Shown: positions 38,294-51,654, counted from the whole stretch's first letter. The stretch: 63,149 nt of DNA, filler included, from Rhabdomonas costata (GCA_019059605.1; 44 parts of 44 records of this genome joined end to end with filler, not necessarily neighbours in it); one strand, 5' to 3'. Notes: generated by a model from the letters alone, not told the origin. Made by a program: numbers and translations.

Positions 38294-41200
38294 ATGCCAT
38301 TTTCCGCCAATAAACTGCCCTTAAGCCGATATGAAGGGAATGCCAGTGACTGCGGTGTAATGAGACCACCACATTAATTTGCGAATCACCCTCAGCCTCA
38401 CGTGCAGTCAAGAGCGGTGCATTGAGGAAGGATTCCATGCTGCCGCATTTAACTGGCGGACCATTTTGGGACATTGGGAGACTGGCAAGACCCGTCCCAC
38501 TCCCCCTACCCGCGCACACATACAAACCCACACACACACCCTGAAAAAAAAGCACGTACCCCCACCTCTCATATAACCCTCCGTCCATATTTACACTTCG
38601 ATATTCACAGAGGAAGAAAAAACAGTGCTGCTTAGCTGAAAGACAAAAAAAACGGAACGAAAAACGCAGCGGTAGCAGACCCAGCTCGCGTCAGTCCAAA
38701 ACCACCCAAACACACCCACANNNNNNNNNNNNNNNNNNNNNNNNNNNNNNNNNNNNNNNNNNNNTTAATTAATTAANNNNNNNNNNNNNNNNNNNNNNNN
38801 NNNNNNNNNNNNNNNNNNNNTGTTGGTTTGTAAACATCCCAAAAGATTGCGCTCAGTTTGTTGTTTGGCGCGGCCCCCGGTAAAAGGTGTTCTTCCCGTT
38901 TCCGCATGTGCGCAAACGTGCCGCCCACGGGCTTTGCACGTGGCATTTTCGCGCGGCATGTTTGTCTTTTTTAATTTCCTTCGCCTGAAGGCCCGTGTTG
39001 GTCGGCGGATACTCTCACTTCTTGGGCGTTGTCTGTTCAGGGCGAAGGCTTGAGACAAGGGCTGCCAAAAACATCATCCTACGCAAGGTTTCTACGAAGC
39101 CAAAGGCGCTAATACATCTGAAAAAACGCCCGCGCGTCGCCCGGGCGGCTTGGCGGAGGCAGGGTTTGCGGTTGCCTTCCGTCAAAAGGGTGTTCGCGGA
39201 GTGGGCTCGGCCAGGCATGTCCATTGCAGGGAGGCCATTCTCGACATAAGGCGGACGGCGGCAACGTTCCCGTAGGGAAGGTTCCGAGCAACGGAAGCAA
39301 CTTTCCCGGTTCCACCTTGGTACGATCAACCAAAATACAGTATTTACCAGTCCGGCAACCGCTACTTTCATAATAGCTGCTGGACTTTTTGGCCGGGGGC
39401 ACGTTCCCGCGATGTTTCCGTGGAGGAAAGTAGCACCCAATCAACCGCATAAAGCCAACATTTGGGGCACAGCGGCACTCACCCACACACAACAGAGATG
39501 GTTGGGAAGGTTGTTAGCAAGGTGCAGCGGGGCACGTTCAGTGAGCATTAGTTGGGAATGGAAACCTCGTTTAAATCATATCAAATGACATTCCCAAAAG
39601 CATGTTCAACCCAGAAATGTCACACATGCGCACGGCAAAACGTTACGACAAAAGTTTATATTTCGGGATGTCGCCAACCAGTGCTTTTGACTTCATTCGT
39701 ATTCTTCCTTCCGTGTCGGCAGCAACGGATCATAACGTCACAAAGTTCCTTCCAAGTTCAAGCAGAACAAAGCATTCCATCAAAAGAAGCCCAACCCAAT
39801 GGAACAAATGGCGTTAGAGGATTCTTCTGCCTCTATTTGTCGCGATTGTCATCAATCGCTCTGCATTACACCCCCCAAACTCCAGCAAGCTTCCAAGTAA
39901 GTAACCGCATGGTTAACAACAAACACACAAGAGTCCGAGTCAAAGAGAAAAACGCAAAAGAATGGGAGCACTCACAGTACAACACTCGCGGTAAGAGGAG
40001 AGGAGAGCGTCACAAATGCCGAATGAAAATCGCACAGGTCTCATGTTCTCTCGCCACCCTGCCCCAAAACGCCACACAGGTACAAGAAGTCGCACAGTGA
40101 TCGTGCGAAGGAGAGAAGCTAAAGCATGCCTGACACAGCAATGCTCAAAACAAACAANNNNNNNNNNNNNNNNNNNNNNNNNNNNNNNNNNNNNNNNNNN
40201 NTTAATTAATTAANNNNNNNNNNNNNNNNNNNNNNNNNNNNNNNNNNNNNNNNNNNNGTGGTGGGTGTGTTTGGGGGGTGGTGGCGTCGGGTCCTTGGGA
40301 GGCAAGGTGGGTTGGGCGACGCTGCGTCTGAAGTAGTACCGCTCGATTTTTACGTTACCTGGGCTGCCGGCCAAATTTGCATGGGCCAAAATCGGATGCG
40401 GGAGTAACAACCACATTCCACTTAACGAAGTGCTACCAAAATTTATTTTTTCCGAGTCTCACCTTTTATATTGCCGTAATTTGTTGTTATTTTTGTGCGC
40501 ATCCATTTAAAAGCTCTTACCCGGGAATTTCAATGCGAACGCTATCACGCATGGCCTTATTACCGCATTTGTTTGGTTAGCACCGCCTTCTCTCATGGCT
40601 GCTGGCCCTTGAAGCATGAGAGCGTCATCGTTAGAAAAAATAAAACCGATTGCGGCTAATAAGAATTTGCTTTTGATGGTGTGTTTGTGCCTGCCTTCCA
40701 CGGGCGCACTCTTTTCCTTAGCACCTAAAAACGGCTGCTCGATCTGGGGAAGTTTGGAGTGAACCCTCCTTGGCGCAGGGTGGCCGGTTTGGCTCCTCAG
40801 TACATTTGCCGGCCTTGACTGATATTATCCATCGGGCATCAAAGGTAGTAAAAGGGAAGAAATGGGTAAGGATCACGCCGTAGTGGCTGTTTTTTTTGGC
40901 TCAACACTGTTTTTTTTCCTCAACCAACGACCACTCCCAACTGCTCTTACGGGCCATTTTCTAAATAATATGCGGTTTCCTTTGCGACACAACATCTACA
41001 AAGATTACATGGCCGGTCGGATCTTGATAATGGAATTTGCTTGGAAACCTTTCGGGAAAGACGGCATTGAATTATTCAGTCTTGCGCGGCATCTCCGCAA
41101 CACTTGTGTCCTATCCTACACAGTTGTGTCATATCAGCCATATCAGAATGGCTGATAAGTCCAATTCCTTTGCCTTTTCCTAATGGAACATCTCCAGTTG

Positions 41201-41522
41201 AATTTCCCTGTGTGACACTGATGGTTGCCACAAGATCACTTGATTGAAAGGGACATCTTTAATCGTCTCCGACAAAGAAAAAGAAAATCCTTGCTGCTGC
41301 TTTATCGGCTAGGCATTGGACAAGATACACAATTTCTCTGTGATGAAACATTGCTGTTGTCTTCCAAGTTGTCTACAACTAGAAATTAATCCACAACGGT
41401 ACTAGTTTGTCACAAAAAACTTTTCTCTGAGAGCACGTTAATCATCTTGAAGGTAACAAAAAAAGTAGTGCTAACAGACACTGGTGAATCGAATGATGCT
41501 GTCATATGATATGAGATTGCGC

Positions 41523-41592
41523 GGGTGCAGCAAGTAGATATTCAACTGGTGTTCAAGACTTGGCGGCGGTTGAATATCTTCTTGCTGCACCC
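41523..41592. repeat. Contig-terminal fold-back (24-bp arms, one mismatch)
   Basis: 41523-41546 pairs with 41569-41592. Confidence 0.85.
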
Positions 41593-41740
41593 ACCNNNNN
41601 NNNNNNNNNNNNNNNNNNNNNNNNNNNNNNNNNNNNNNNTTAATTAATTAANNNNNNNNNNNNNNNNNNNNNNNNNNNNNNNNNNNNNNNNNNNNAGCGT
41701 TGCACCGGCATCTACATCACGGCCAGGTTTTGGTGAGAGT

Positions 41741-42511
41741 GTGTCTTCGCAGTTTCGGAGCGGCAGCATGAAGCCTCTGCGGTCTGCCCGGCGCTCAGGC
41801 GCCGTTAGAGCCGTAGCTAGTCCAACGTGCAGCTCTGCCCTTGTGGAGAAGGACATTAGTCCTACTGATGGCCCACACAGGCTGCAAAGGCTAAAAAAGA
41901 TAGAAGCGACGATGAGTTATCCCTCTCTGGAGAACCCAGCACTCTCTCTGCAGAACCTTCACAGGGTATCATCGACAGCTTCTGAGCTCTCGAAGTGTCA
42001 CTCTGCAGGAGCCCTGCCGCAGAGTGAGCCCTTCTGTGGTGTTGTTCCGCCCGCTATCAGCCCCTCCGCTTCTCCCAGTTTCAGGTCCTCCCGTCCCGAT
42101 ACCACTTCGTCTGCGGGGTTCAATCTGGAAGCCGGAGATGCCTTTCCCGTTGGCGTGCAATCCTCCCGCACGGAAGGGCCGTTTGGTTTGAGCAGCGGCA
42201 ACCCGGCTGAGATCGGAGGCCCTTCGGTGTCGTTGGCAGACGATCGACCGCCTGCACGCTGTGTTTCCCCCCTTGGCCGCCTTTCGCTGACCTCCCCTTC
42301 CGGGCGGGGAAGCTCCTCTACAACCCGAGCGCCTCCCCTGGCCTCCCTCGCCAGCTCACCACTCCGGCAACGAAGCAGGAGCGTGGCCCACTGCCCGACA
42401 GGGCTGTCGGCCGGCTGCACGCCTGCCTCAAGTTTCGCCCGTGCCCGGAGCCACAGAATTAGCCCCGACGGCTGCACGGAACGCGCGTCCAACCCGTTCC
42501 ATGGCTCTTGA
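41741..42511 (+). CDS. Ser/Pro/Arg-rich low-complexity C-terminal region, probable terminal exon
   Basis: 256-codon open frame ending in TGA, composition typical of a disordered region; no domain recognised. Confidence 0.5.
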   Translation: MSSQFRSGSMKPLRSARRSGAVRAVASPTCSSALVEKDISPTDGPHRLQRLKKIEATMSYPSLENPALSLQNLHRVSSTASELSKCHSAGALPQSEPFCGVVPPAISPSASPSFRSSRPDTTSSAGFNLEAGDAFPVGVQSSRTEGPFGLSSGNPAEIGGPSVSLADDRPPARCVSPLGRLSLTSPSGRGSSSTTRAPPLASLASSPLRQRSRSVAHCPTGLSAGCTPASSFARARSHRISPDGCTERASNPFHGS

Positions 42512-44378
42512 GCATGGTATAACTTGCTGTTCTCGCGCTCCATGAAAAGGCGCGACCCTCTTTGTGGTTTTTTTCGTTTCCGGCGTTTTCTGTCGATGTT
42601 TGTGTTTTTTTTTATGATGGCATCAAGGCACCGCAGCGCAACACAATACCGCTGGCTCCGGCCCCTTCACCTGATGGGGCTGTTGTCCAGCAGCGCAGCC
42701 ACTTCCCCCACTTTTCGTTCTCATTTTCCCCCTTTTCTTTCTCTTCGTTTCGCTCCTGGGTGATTGTGCCTGGAGGAGTGGAAGGCGCACACATACATGC
42801 CTGCACCTCTAATCGGCGGTAGACAAGAGCTTTGTGCGGAGCTCGTCGAGAGTGTTGCCGTTTCGATTGGTGAAGAGGGAGGAATGTCCTTCCTTTCAGT
42901 GATTTCACCTCCTTTTCCGTCCACCCTGCCTGCAATCCCACAATTTGTTGTAGGATGAGCACGTTTGTCCTGGACCGCTTCGCACCCCACTACCACCACC
43001 ACCACCACCCCCAAAACCACCAGCGTTCTTGTNNNNNNNNNNNNNNNNNNNNNNNNNNNNNNNNNNNNNNNNNNNNTTAATTAATTAANNNNNNNNNNNN
43101 NNNNNNNNNNNNNNNNNNNNNNNNNNNNNNNNGCCCAAATGAGATTTATTAATTAAAAACGAAAAGGGTGTGGCTAGTGAATGGAAAGACATGGGCATCA
43201 TTGGCCTTGGAGCTACGGACAGGCATTCCGGCATTCACGCTGCTGGTTTCCTCTCCCGGCAATTTACTTCAACAGAAAACCTGGGGCGCAGGAAGGCGCG
43301 ACCCACCCAGGAGGGAGAAATGGCAAGGTCACACGCTCCCCTCGTTTCGGTTTCCGCAAAAAAGGGTGGAAACGCGAGGCATTGATTAATCAACACCCTC
43401 ACTCACTTGCTCCAGGATGGTGGCTCAACATTGATATCGAAATTCTAGTTTTCGAAGCTAACCGCTTCGCACCAGAAAAAGACCCTTACTTGTATTTTTT
43501 TTTTTGCAAATTGAGACCGAATCCGAAACTCCATCGTTAGCACTCTTTTCAATTGTCGAAAAAGAATCCCTTGTTCCCGGGTTGAAGTGCTATGCACTAC
43601 ATCATACCCGCGTTGAAAGCCAAGTATAGCATAATGGCTGCTGGGTGTCCAGACTTCCCAGGATTCTAAGCAATCCGGTATGCGCGGAGTATATTATCAT
43701 TCAGAGCAGAAGGACAAAGTTAAGGGAAAGGGGTCATTTATTCGAGGAAGTATAGCTGGAACATAAACGCACGCCTTGGCCCGCAAGGGCCAGACCTGAT
43801 CCCATGACCTGATTCCAATTAAAAATGCCTTGCTTTGAAAAAGCCGTTTACAGGCACACATATACTCTTTCAGCTTCTGAAAGTCCCGAGAGTCCAAACT
43901 CCGCGAACAATGACGCAGTGGGGGTACCAAACAAATTAGCACCGACAGCCGTGTCCTGCGAAGAGTATTCCGGCAGCAGAAGAAAAGGGTTCGCCCCCCC
44001 CCCAAAAAAAAAGGGAAGAAAAGAGATACAAACAAAAGCAGCAGAAGCAGCTCAATCCAAAAGCATATTGCGCTGGCAAAAAGCTCAACAAAGGTTGTTC
44101 TCATCTCAGTGCAAGTATCATTCTTGGGGTTGGCCGTGGTATGTCTTGACGCACACTTCCTCCCACCCCAACCCAGAAGGCACTCACCCGCACTCCACCA
44201 ATAAACGGACCCACGCGGACGCAATGGAGTCAGGCGAAGCTGATATATCACCTGACGCATAAATGCTGCTGCAGGCAAGTAGGACAAGAAACTACACTGT
44301 TGGGTAACACCGCTGTCGCGATCCACAACAGAGAAAGCAGCCTGAGCTGCAAGGACTGACGTGCAAGGAGTGGCTGGA

Positions 44379-44459
44379 AAACTCACAGACAAACAAAAAC
44401 CACTGAGCCTTCAAAGCAGTGCTAAGAAGGCTCAGTGGTTTTTGTTTGTCTGTGAGTTT
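44379..44459. repeat. Contig-terminal fold-back (34-bp arms, 13-nt loop)
   Basis: 44379-44412 is the reverse complement of 44426-44459. Confidence 0.9.
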
Positions 44460-45002
44460 ACCACCCACCNNNNNNNNNNNNNNNNNNNNNNNNNNNNNNN
44501 NNNNNNNNNNNNNTTAATTAATTAANNNNNNNNNNNNNNNNNNNNNNNNNNNNNNNNNNNNNNNNNNNNGTGTGTTGGGTGTGTTGGGCGGGTTTAAGTC
44601 CCCCCCCCTTTTCCCGGAAAGTTCGACTGTCTGTCTCTACCTTCTCTCTCTCTCTCAGTTACATTGGAAGAGCTTGGAAAACAATTGATGATCTGTCGGC
44701 TAGCATTCTCCCTGTCCATCGAAAGAAGCCTTCGTCGCTGTATATCTAGGAAAACCCGCATTGCAAGTATCTCTCAGGATCTCCCAGGGCCCTTAAAAGT
44801 GGATGGAAAACTAAGGTAAGGTTTGGAATTCTGCTGGCGCGGTAATACAGTTCCTGGGATGCTCTTTTGACCTCTTATGAGCATTGGGAAAGAAATGGAG
44901 TAGGAACAGAACGGAACAGAACTGCCATGCCCATCATTCACCGAATCGCCTCTTCCAAGCCACTGCGGGCGAAAAATAAAAGGCAACTTGGCTTGGGCAT
45001 AG

Positions 45003-45758
45003 GACTGAAGGGCGCGATGCTGTACCATGACGGCCTGCACAACGACGCCCGGATGAATGTTTCCATCGCTCTCACCGCCGCGCACCACGGTGCCACCGTG
45101 TTGAACCACGTGCGGGTCACGGGCCTGCTCCGGGACAGCCAGGGCCGAGTCAGCGGAGTCACCGCGGTGGATCAGCTCACTCCTAGCTCAAAGCCCATCT
45201 CGGTAACCGTCCGCTCTGGCTTGTGCTGTATCACTCTCATTCCATACTTTTCATCCACTGATCCACAGGTTCAGATGCAAACTCACCCACAACTCGCATT
45301 TCTCAATGGAGTTATTGGGCACCATTAGCGGACGAATCGAAATGCACCAATACCAACACAAAGCCAACCTGAAGCGCCGTGGGGTATGCCTCAAATGGGG
45401 CCCAGACTTGTTCTTCTCTCTGCCGTCAAACTATATGTCACTTATGTCAGAAGCGTGGCATGTATGACTTCGTGCGACCCAAATATATGCTGGAACCTGC
45501 TCAAAAGCGAGTCATGCAGAATCCGTGGTTGTCTGAAAGGTGCTTGTCCAAAAGAACAGGCATGCAGCGAAACACCCTACCTCTTCGAAACAGATCCCTG
45601 CCAAGGTGGTGGTCAACGCCACGGGGGCCTTCTGTGACGAGCTGGTGCAGCTGGCGGAGAGGCCCACCCCGGCAGGCTCCGCGACCTCCCCTTCCTCCGC
45701 AGCCATCCGCCAGCCCCTTGTCACCCCCAGCAGTGGGACTCATCTTACCCTTCCAGCG
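45003..45758 (+). CDS. GPD2: FAD-dependent (mitochondrial-type) glycerol-3-phosphate dehydrogenase, partial, exons 45003-45202 and 45594-45758
   Basis: LKGAMLYHDGLHNDARMNVSIALTAAHHGATVLNHVRV joined to IPAKVVVNATGAFCD...LVTPSSGTHLTLP; these are GlpD/GPD2 signatures; GT-AG intron. Confidence 0.92.
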
Positions 45759-46470
45759 GTATGTGATCGCTAAGGTTGCAGGGTTTGAAGGCTTTGAAGA
45801 TTGAACCATCTGTTGCTGGGCGATGGCGATTGGAGGGAGAGAGAGGGAGGGGGCAGGAGCAATGCTTCTGTGTAGCGGAAAACAAACTCGCCGCGAAACC
45901 AAAAACNNNNNNNNNNNNNNNNNNNNNNNNNNNNNNNNNNNNNNNNNNNNTTAATTAATTAANNNNNNNNNNNNNNNNNNNNNNNNNNNNNNNNNNNNNN
46001 NNNNNNCCGGGCTCTAAGGCAATGGGAAGGGCCGCACTCGTTGCCAGCAGGAGGGTGCATATGAGGGGCATGCGATGGGAGAGTGTATGGGTGGAAGAGG
46101 TGTGGATATGGAGTGCCAGCGTCCGGTTCAAACCAGCCCACGAGAATTTCTGTTGTAGTGTGATGTCTTGTGTTGAAATTGCGAGGGACGCGCCGGGATC
46201 TTTATGCAAGCTCATGCGACTTCGAAGTGTGCATAGGGGGCAAAGCGTCCTGGCTGTTGCCTGCTCGACCGTATACATGATTATGTTCGTGATTTTAAGT
46301 AAAGGTGGAGTGCTAGGCAAGCTACAGTTTTTTCACAGAAAGTACTTCCGTCAACTCCACGTACAACATACCCAGGCTCTCCCCAACGCTGGAAAGCGGG
46401 ACCAAGTTCAGACAGACACGGGTGGGTTTTGCGTTGCAAGTCCCGTGCAAACTGCATCGGGCCACCATGC

Positions 46471-46665
46471 CTGCTCGGGCTCTGCACTACTGGCGAAAAG
46501 CCGCGCCGAGGTCCGGAAGGCGAAGCGGGGGCTCCACCGGACAGTGCCGGAGGATAGGGGCCTAAGGGCGGCCCAGGGGCGAGCACCGCTGCTCAGCACC
46601 CGAGAAGCGGTCCCCCGAGGAAGCAGCAGAAGGGCCAGCGAGGAGGAAGAAGCGCGCAACATCAT
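46471..46665 (-). CDS. First exon encoding a probable mitochondrial targeting presequence
   Basis: MMLRASSSSLALLLLPRGTASRVLSSGARPWAALRPLSSGTVRWSPRFAFRTSARLFASSAEPEQ: R/S/L/A-rich, no acidic residue until RLFASS; the 3' boundary (CAG|GCATGG) is tentative. Confidence 0.6.
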
Positions 46666-47486
46666 CTTGGCAATGAGAGAAGCGTGAGGGAAGGAGCAGG
46701 GGAGGGGAAGGGAGGGAGGGAGGGAGATGGGAGAGGGTTTGGTGCAGGTCAGCGCAGGGCCGCGGAGGTAGAGGGACGCGGGGTGAGGTAAGGGTGACCC
46801 CCACCTCTCACAGACAACACACTCACCACAACCGAAAACAAGCGATTCAGTCTGAGCACGATACGCAAGTCGAGAAGGGCATTCCAACACCCGTTCAAGC
46901 TGCCAAAGCCGCACGTAAAGCGTTGCCTAAATGGGGAAATGGGCTCTGAAGGAAGCTGCCTCACCTTCTCAGCCCTACACAGCCAAGGAAAGCTTCTCCT
47001 GTGAAGCCTTGTTTTCTGGCTCCTGGCCTTCAACACTGGAGAGGTCAAGACGAGATGATTTGACTTCGCGTAAGCCTATTGCTGCACTTCACTCGGGTCA
47101 CGGCAGATGCTGCTGCAAGATGTGGAAGTAGCCATACGGTAGCTAACCATCTTTAGGTCCACCTCTGCATGTGGCGGCAGGGTGGTGTCAATGAAAATGA
47201 CGAGGTGCTCAACGGCAGCGGCAACGTCTGATCCGGAAGCGTGCACAACAGCAAGAATTACACGCGAAAGCGAAGGCACAGTCAGCCTGCAGACCAACGT
47301 GTCCAGGGGCAAAGCTATCTCATACATGTTCCACCCCACCCACNNNNNNNNNNNNNNNNNNNNNNNNNNNNNNNNNNNNNNNNNNNNTTAATTAATTAAN
47401 NNNNNNNNNNNNNNNNNNNNNNNNNNNNNNNNNNNNNNNNNNNTGTGTTGGGTGTGGGTGGGTGGTGGGGGGGGGTGAGGGCATAC

Positions 47487-47581
47487 GGCAAAGGGGGCTT
47501 TTCCGAAGCACACACAGAGGTCAGTTCAGACAACGCGGCTACCATCACCATCACCACCAGGAGCACAGCCCGGCATGCCAT
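47487..47581 (-). CDS. First exon with a probable signal peptide
   Basis: MACRAVLLVVMVMVAALSELTSVCASEKPPL then |GTATGC donor. Confidence 0.45.
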
Positions 47582-49220
47582 CTTCCCTCCTCTCCCCACC
47601 AAAGCGAAGGTAGCAAAATTCAACAAAAGAGAACACAGCAAATGGTAAAAAAACGAATGAACCAAAAACCCCGGAACAAGCAGCGCTGAAACGCGAGTTT
47701 CCAGCCCACAGAAAGACAGACACATACACCTTTCCGCAAATGCACAGCAGAGAGAACGCTCGTTTGCAAAAACGAAAAACAACGCAACCGCCTCCAACCA
47801 ACAATTGGGCTGAGGACAGCACCTCGGTTCACATGGACTGGCACAGTAGTTTTGGCTGATCAGGATTGGCCCCAAACAAACGACTAACCCCTGAATGGAG
47901 CATGTCATGGCCACTTTTCGGCAATTTGCAATGATGTTCTGCCGTTCTGCCCCGCAAAACCTGGGTCAGCCCTTCGGCCGACCCACCTCTCCGAAACCGT
48001 CCTTACACTCGTTTAGCGGCGAACTTTCATTGACGAGCTGTTTTTTTTCTAGAACCCTTCAAATCGAAAGGGAGCAAGGAGTGCCCAAAAGAAATCGTGC
48101 ACGTCTCAGAGCCACGGCCACTGAAACCAATACTTATTTTACTTATGGCATTAACAACGTGCAACTGAGAGACTCCACTGCCAAAATTTTCTTTAGTGCA
48201 ACAGCTGTGAGCAAACAGTGAGCGGGGTTGGTCCACTCCATAAGCAACAAAGCTCGGCAAACATCCAGAGCTAAATATTCATTGTGCTAGTGAGGTGGAC
48301 ACAGAGGCACAGAGGCACCTTTCCAGCCCATCAATGCCTTGCAATGGCACGGGATACGGAAGTGGCCACAGCAGCAAACCAGGATGCACACATGTGCCCC
48401 CCTCTCACACAGCTTCACCCCATGGCTCACGGCCCTCCCAAGAGAAGGGCAGCCCCCAAGGGAGGCTTGAGCCACCAGAAAACCTCTGTTCCCTTCCATC
48501 CGTCTCGAAAAAGAGGGATGAGTGAAAAGGGGTCCCTCCGGGCGACAAAAGAGTGCTGGCAGCAACAACACAACGCAGAAAGAGAGTTTACCGCGTGTCC
48601 TAAACGCAATACCCGACTGGTAACCGCGGGAAAAAGGGACAGGCGGAGCTGAGGAAGGAAAAAGTTACGAGAGGGGACAGCACGGGAGCAGATACGAGGC
48701 GCAAACAACACTTTCTTGCTTTAAAAGGTCCACAGCAGCCGCTTCCACGAGGTGGAGAGCCGCTTCAGAGCACCACCCTCNNNNNNNNNNNNNNNNNNNN
48801 NNNNNNNNNNNNNNNNNNNNNNNNTTAATTAATTAANNNNNNNNNNNNNNNNNNNNNNNNNNNNNNNNNNNNNNNNNNNNTCGCCCAAAACTTTCTTCAG
48901 TCTGCTGTGCGACGCAACCCATGAGTGCTTCTGCACCGGATCAGAACGGACTGCTCTTCCATGAACACCTCAAGAAGTATTTTTGTATTCGAAATTTCAG
49001 GGGCCAGAATGGTCACCATTTTTTTTATCTTTGCAGGCCTGCATTTGTGCTTTTGTGCTAAGCAGCCTGTGCCCTTGGTATGTCTAAGTGCTAAGTGCAG
49101 GTACATTTAATGCTGGCAGCAACGTGGTTTTTCACGCATAAGAAAACAGAAAAAGAAAGGCTAGTCCTGCCACATACCGCTTTGCCAGCTATTTTCTCTC
49201 ATGCTTTTCTTTGTTTTCAG

Positions 49221-50217
49221 CGTGTGGCTCACCAGAGGGAGGTGAAAGCTTCTTCTGAAGCTCATGAAAAAGCCATCCTGCAGTTGACTGATGAGTTGCG
49301 AATGAAGGAAGGGGAGCTCCAGGAAACAGCCAACGCATTTCAGCGTGTGAAAGCCGACTACTTCCGAAGACGACAAAAGTTGGAAGACGACCTGTTGGTT
49401 TGCTCGGCCCACCCTCGTCTACCGTGACTCTATTTCTGTTCCTATTTCCGAGCCATGTTCACAGTTCGCTAATCAAACACACACGGACATATTCGTCCTC
49501 TTTAGTTTTTGCTCATCTCCAAAATCAGAATTTCGGTCTTTACACCTTTGTAGGAGTCTCAAGCCGAGGTAATGTCGGTTCAGCTGCAACTTTCTGCCAG
49601 TACAGAAGACCAGGGCCCTTCTGCCAGGTAAGCTTATTCCTTCCTTATTCCTTCTTGATTTCGGCAATCGCGCAAGTGTGGAGCGACACCGCAACTTTCC
49701 AACCACCACATGCAAAACGTGGCGCGTCTGTCACCGCGATGTCGATCACCTGAATGGCTTTTATCTGACTTTTGATTGCACTTTTTTTAATTCTGTATTA
49801 AATCTATTTTATTTAAGTCTATTTTTTTCCTGTTTTTTTCTGCAGCACCGTCACGCAGTTTTTGATCGACACGGAAGCTGAAGGCCGCCAGGCCATGAAT
49901 CTGCTTGCAGAAGACGAGATGGGGCTATTGCTACAACTTTCACTGCACCGCCCCGCTGACACCAGATCGACCGAGAAGTTGACTTTTTGTAAGTCTTCTC
50001 AGACTGATATGAGCGGCGCCGATGACGTTATGACACCCCCACCTCCTGCGCGGGACGATAATGAAATGGTAACACCCGGCGCATTCACCTTGCAGCTAGT
50101 CACAGTCACCGAACAGGCCCACGAAGCTCTGGTTATGGCTCCTGCCTGCGTGTTATCTGGCAGCAGATTGTCAGAAGCTGGTGCAGATGAGGGAACTGAT
50201 GAGCCTTACCCACACAA
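49221..50217 (+). CDS. Coiled-coil hypothetical protein, exons 49221-49397 and ~49859-50217
   Basis: TTTTCAG| RVAHQREVKASSEAHEKAILQLTDELRMKEGELQETANAFQRVKADYFRRRQKLEDDLL |GTTTGC, then GCAG| FLIDTEAEGRQAMNLLAEDEMG. Confidence 0.6.
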
Positions 50218-50407
50218 NNNNNNNNNNNNNNNNNNNNNNNNNNNNNNNNNNNNNNNNNNNNTTAATTAATTAANNNNNNNNNNNNNNNNNNNNNNNNNNN
50301 NNNNNNNNNNNNNNNNNCGAACTTTTAGGCAAAATTATACGATCCGCGGATTTTTCTGGAAAGCGTTGGTATGGCACTGATGCTTAAGCAGTCCTACTTG
50401 TCCTCAG

Positions 50408-51654
50408 GGATTTCCAAGCGGACGTGCATCATCGTTTCCCACAGCCCGCCTTCCTCGACTCCGTGGTCACAGACATCATCCACTTCGCAGTTACTTGTAC
50501 TGCGGCACTTCAGTTCTCACTAGCACTACACAAAATGTAGAACAGACCCGCGGAAGGCGTTTTTTCAGTTGCGGCGACTTGTCGTTTAAACCATACTTCT
50601 TCCGCAACTTGCCACTAGGTCGCGCTCGCTACGTCGTTGTGACTGTGTGGTTCACCTGAAGAAATGGAACAAAAACGAGGTTTTGTTGACCATGGGGGTC
50701 ACGGTTTCCTGTGTAAACAAACGCTGTCATATCAAGATGAGACGCGCAAACATTATTGCCTCGAGGTGCTACTGCGTTTCAGGTGTTTCATCAAAGGATG
50801 TGCCAAAGCTTGGTAGATGGGTTTACTGTAGTCTGAGGTCTGAGGTCAGCATGTCACAAACGCTGATTATTGAAAGTTACCCTGGTTTCTGAGCTTTGCT
50901 GTTAGCAATGCAGGTGCAGTTAATGAGGCATTGTCACCGAGAGCGGCGACTAGAGGGGCCCTTGGCGAAGACTTTGCCCTGAAATAACCGCTTCTGGCCT
51001 GCTTGACCGTAATTCACCCCCTGTACTGTCATCTCAGACCTCAAGCTGAGCCCCTTCCACGGCAACGTCAGTCAATTTGCCGCGGGAATCCATTCACGGG
51101 CGGCCGCTCTGCGCTTCCTGGTAGACGGGGTGGCGTTCACCTTCCATGTGCCGGGGCGGATGTAGGGTGTGAAGTCACGCAACAAGCACATCCTGCGGAT
51201 GACCCACGTCAGCTTCACTTATCACAGTGCCGCCGCGCCGTCCATCACCAACGCCACAGTGTACGGCTGCCTGGCTTCGCGGGTCGCCTTAGTGGGTCCC
51301 AACGGGGCTGGTGTGCGGGATATGTGTGTGTGCTCTATTAAAATTTTCAGTGCACAGTAAAGCGACTGTATTGTGTTTGTTCCTCTAGACAATTACTCTG
51401 CTCTCATTTCAAGGCAACAGCAGTGCGGGAAAGACTTCCAGAAACTACCTCCAGACTTTCACACGGCTGTTTGTATGGTGGTGGTTAGGGAAGACCACTC
51501 TGATTCGGCTTCTGGTGGACGAGATGATGCCGACATCCGGGGATGTCTACAAACACCACAACCTGCGCATCGCGTACGTCGCGCAGCACAGCTTCCACCA
51601 CTTCGAGGCACACATGCACAGCAGAAACGTGGAGTACCTCATTTGGAGGTTACA
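50408..51654 (+). pseudogene. eEF3-like (ABCF-related) ATPase with apparent lesions; exons ~50408-50490, 51038-51310, 51489-51654
   Basis: TCIIVSH/AFLDSVVTDIIHF, GVKSRNKHILRM...SRVALVGPNGAGKTTLI and VYKHHNLRIAYVAQHSFHH...EYLIWRL match the eEF3 ABC1-ABC2 region. Lesions: 1-nt deficit near 50443, no in-phase GT donor at 50491, in-frame TAG at 51163-51165. Family identity is more secure than pseudogene status. Confidence 0.75.

Noticed and set aside
37749..38588. 279-aa ORF, the longest in the track
   Set aside because: Antisense to the SPT4 exon and its intron, and it translates a microsatellite; no coding signal.
50491..51037. Euglenid-type non-conventional intron in the eEF3-like gene
   Set aside because: It has a normal CAG acceptor and I see no clear terminal base-pairing; a single lost G at the donor explains it more simply.
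51163..51165. TAG-to-Glu stop codon reassignment
   Set aside because: Only one instance, in a gene with other lesions; the other conserved exons have no in-frame stops, and TAG appears to act as a terminator at 2376-2378.
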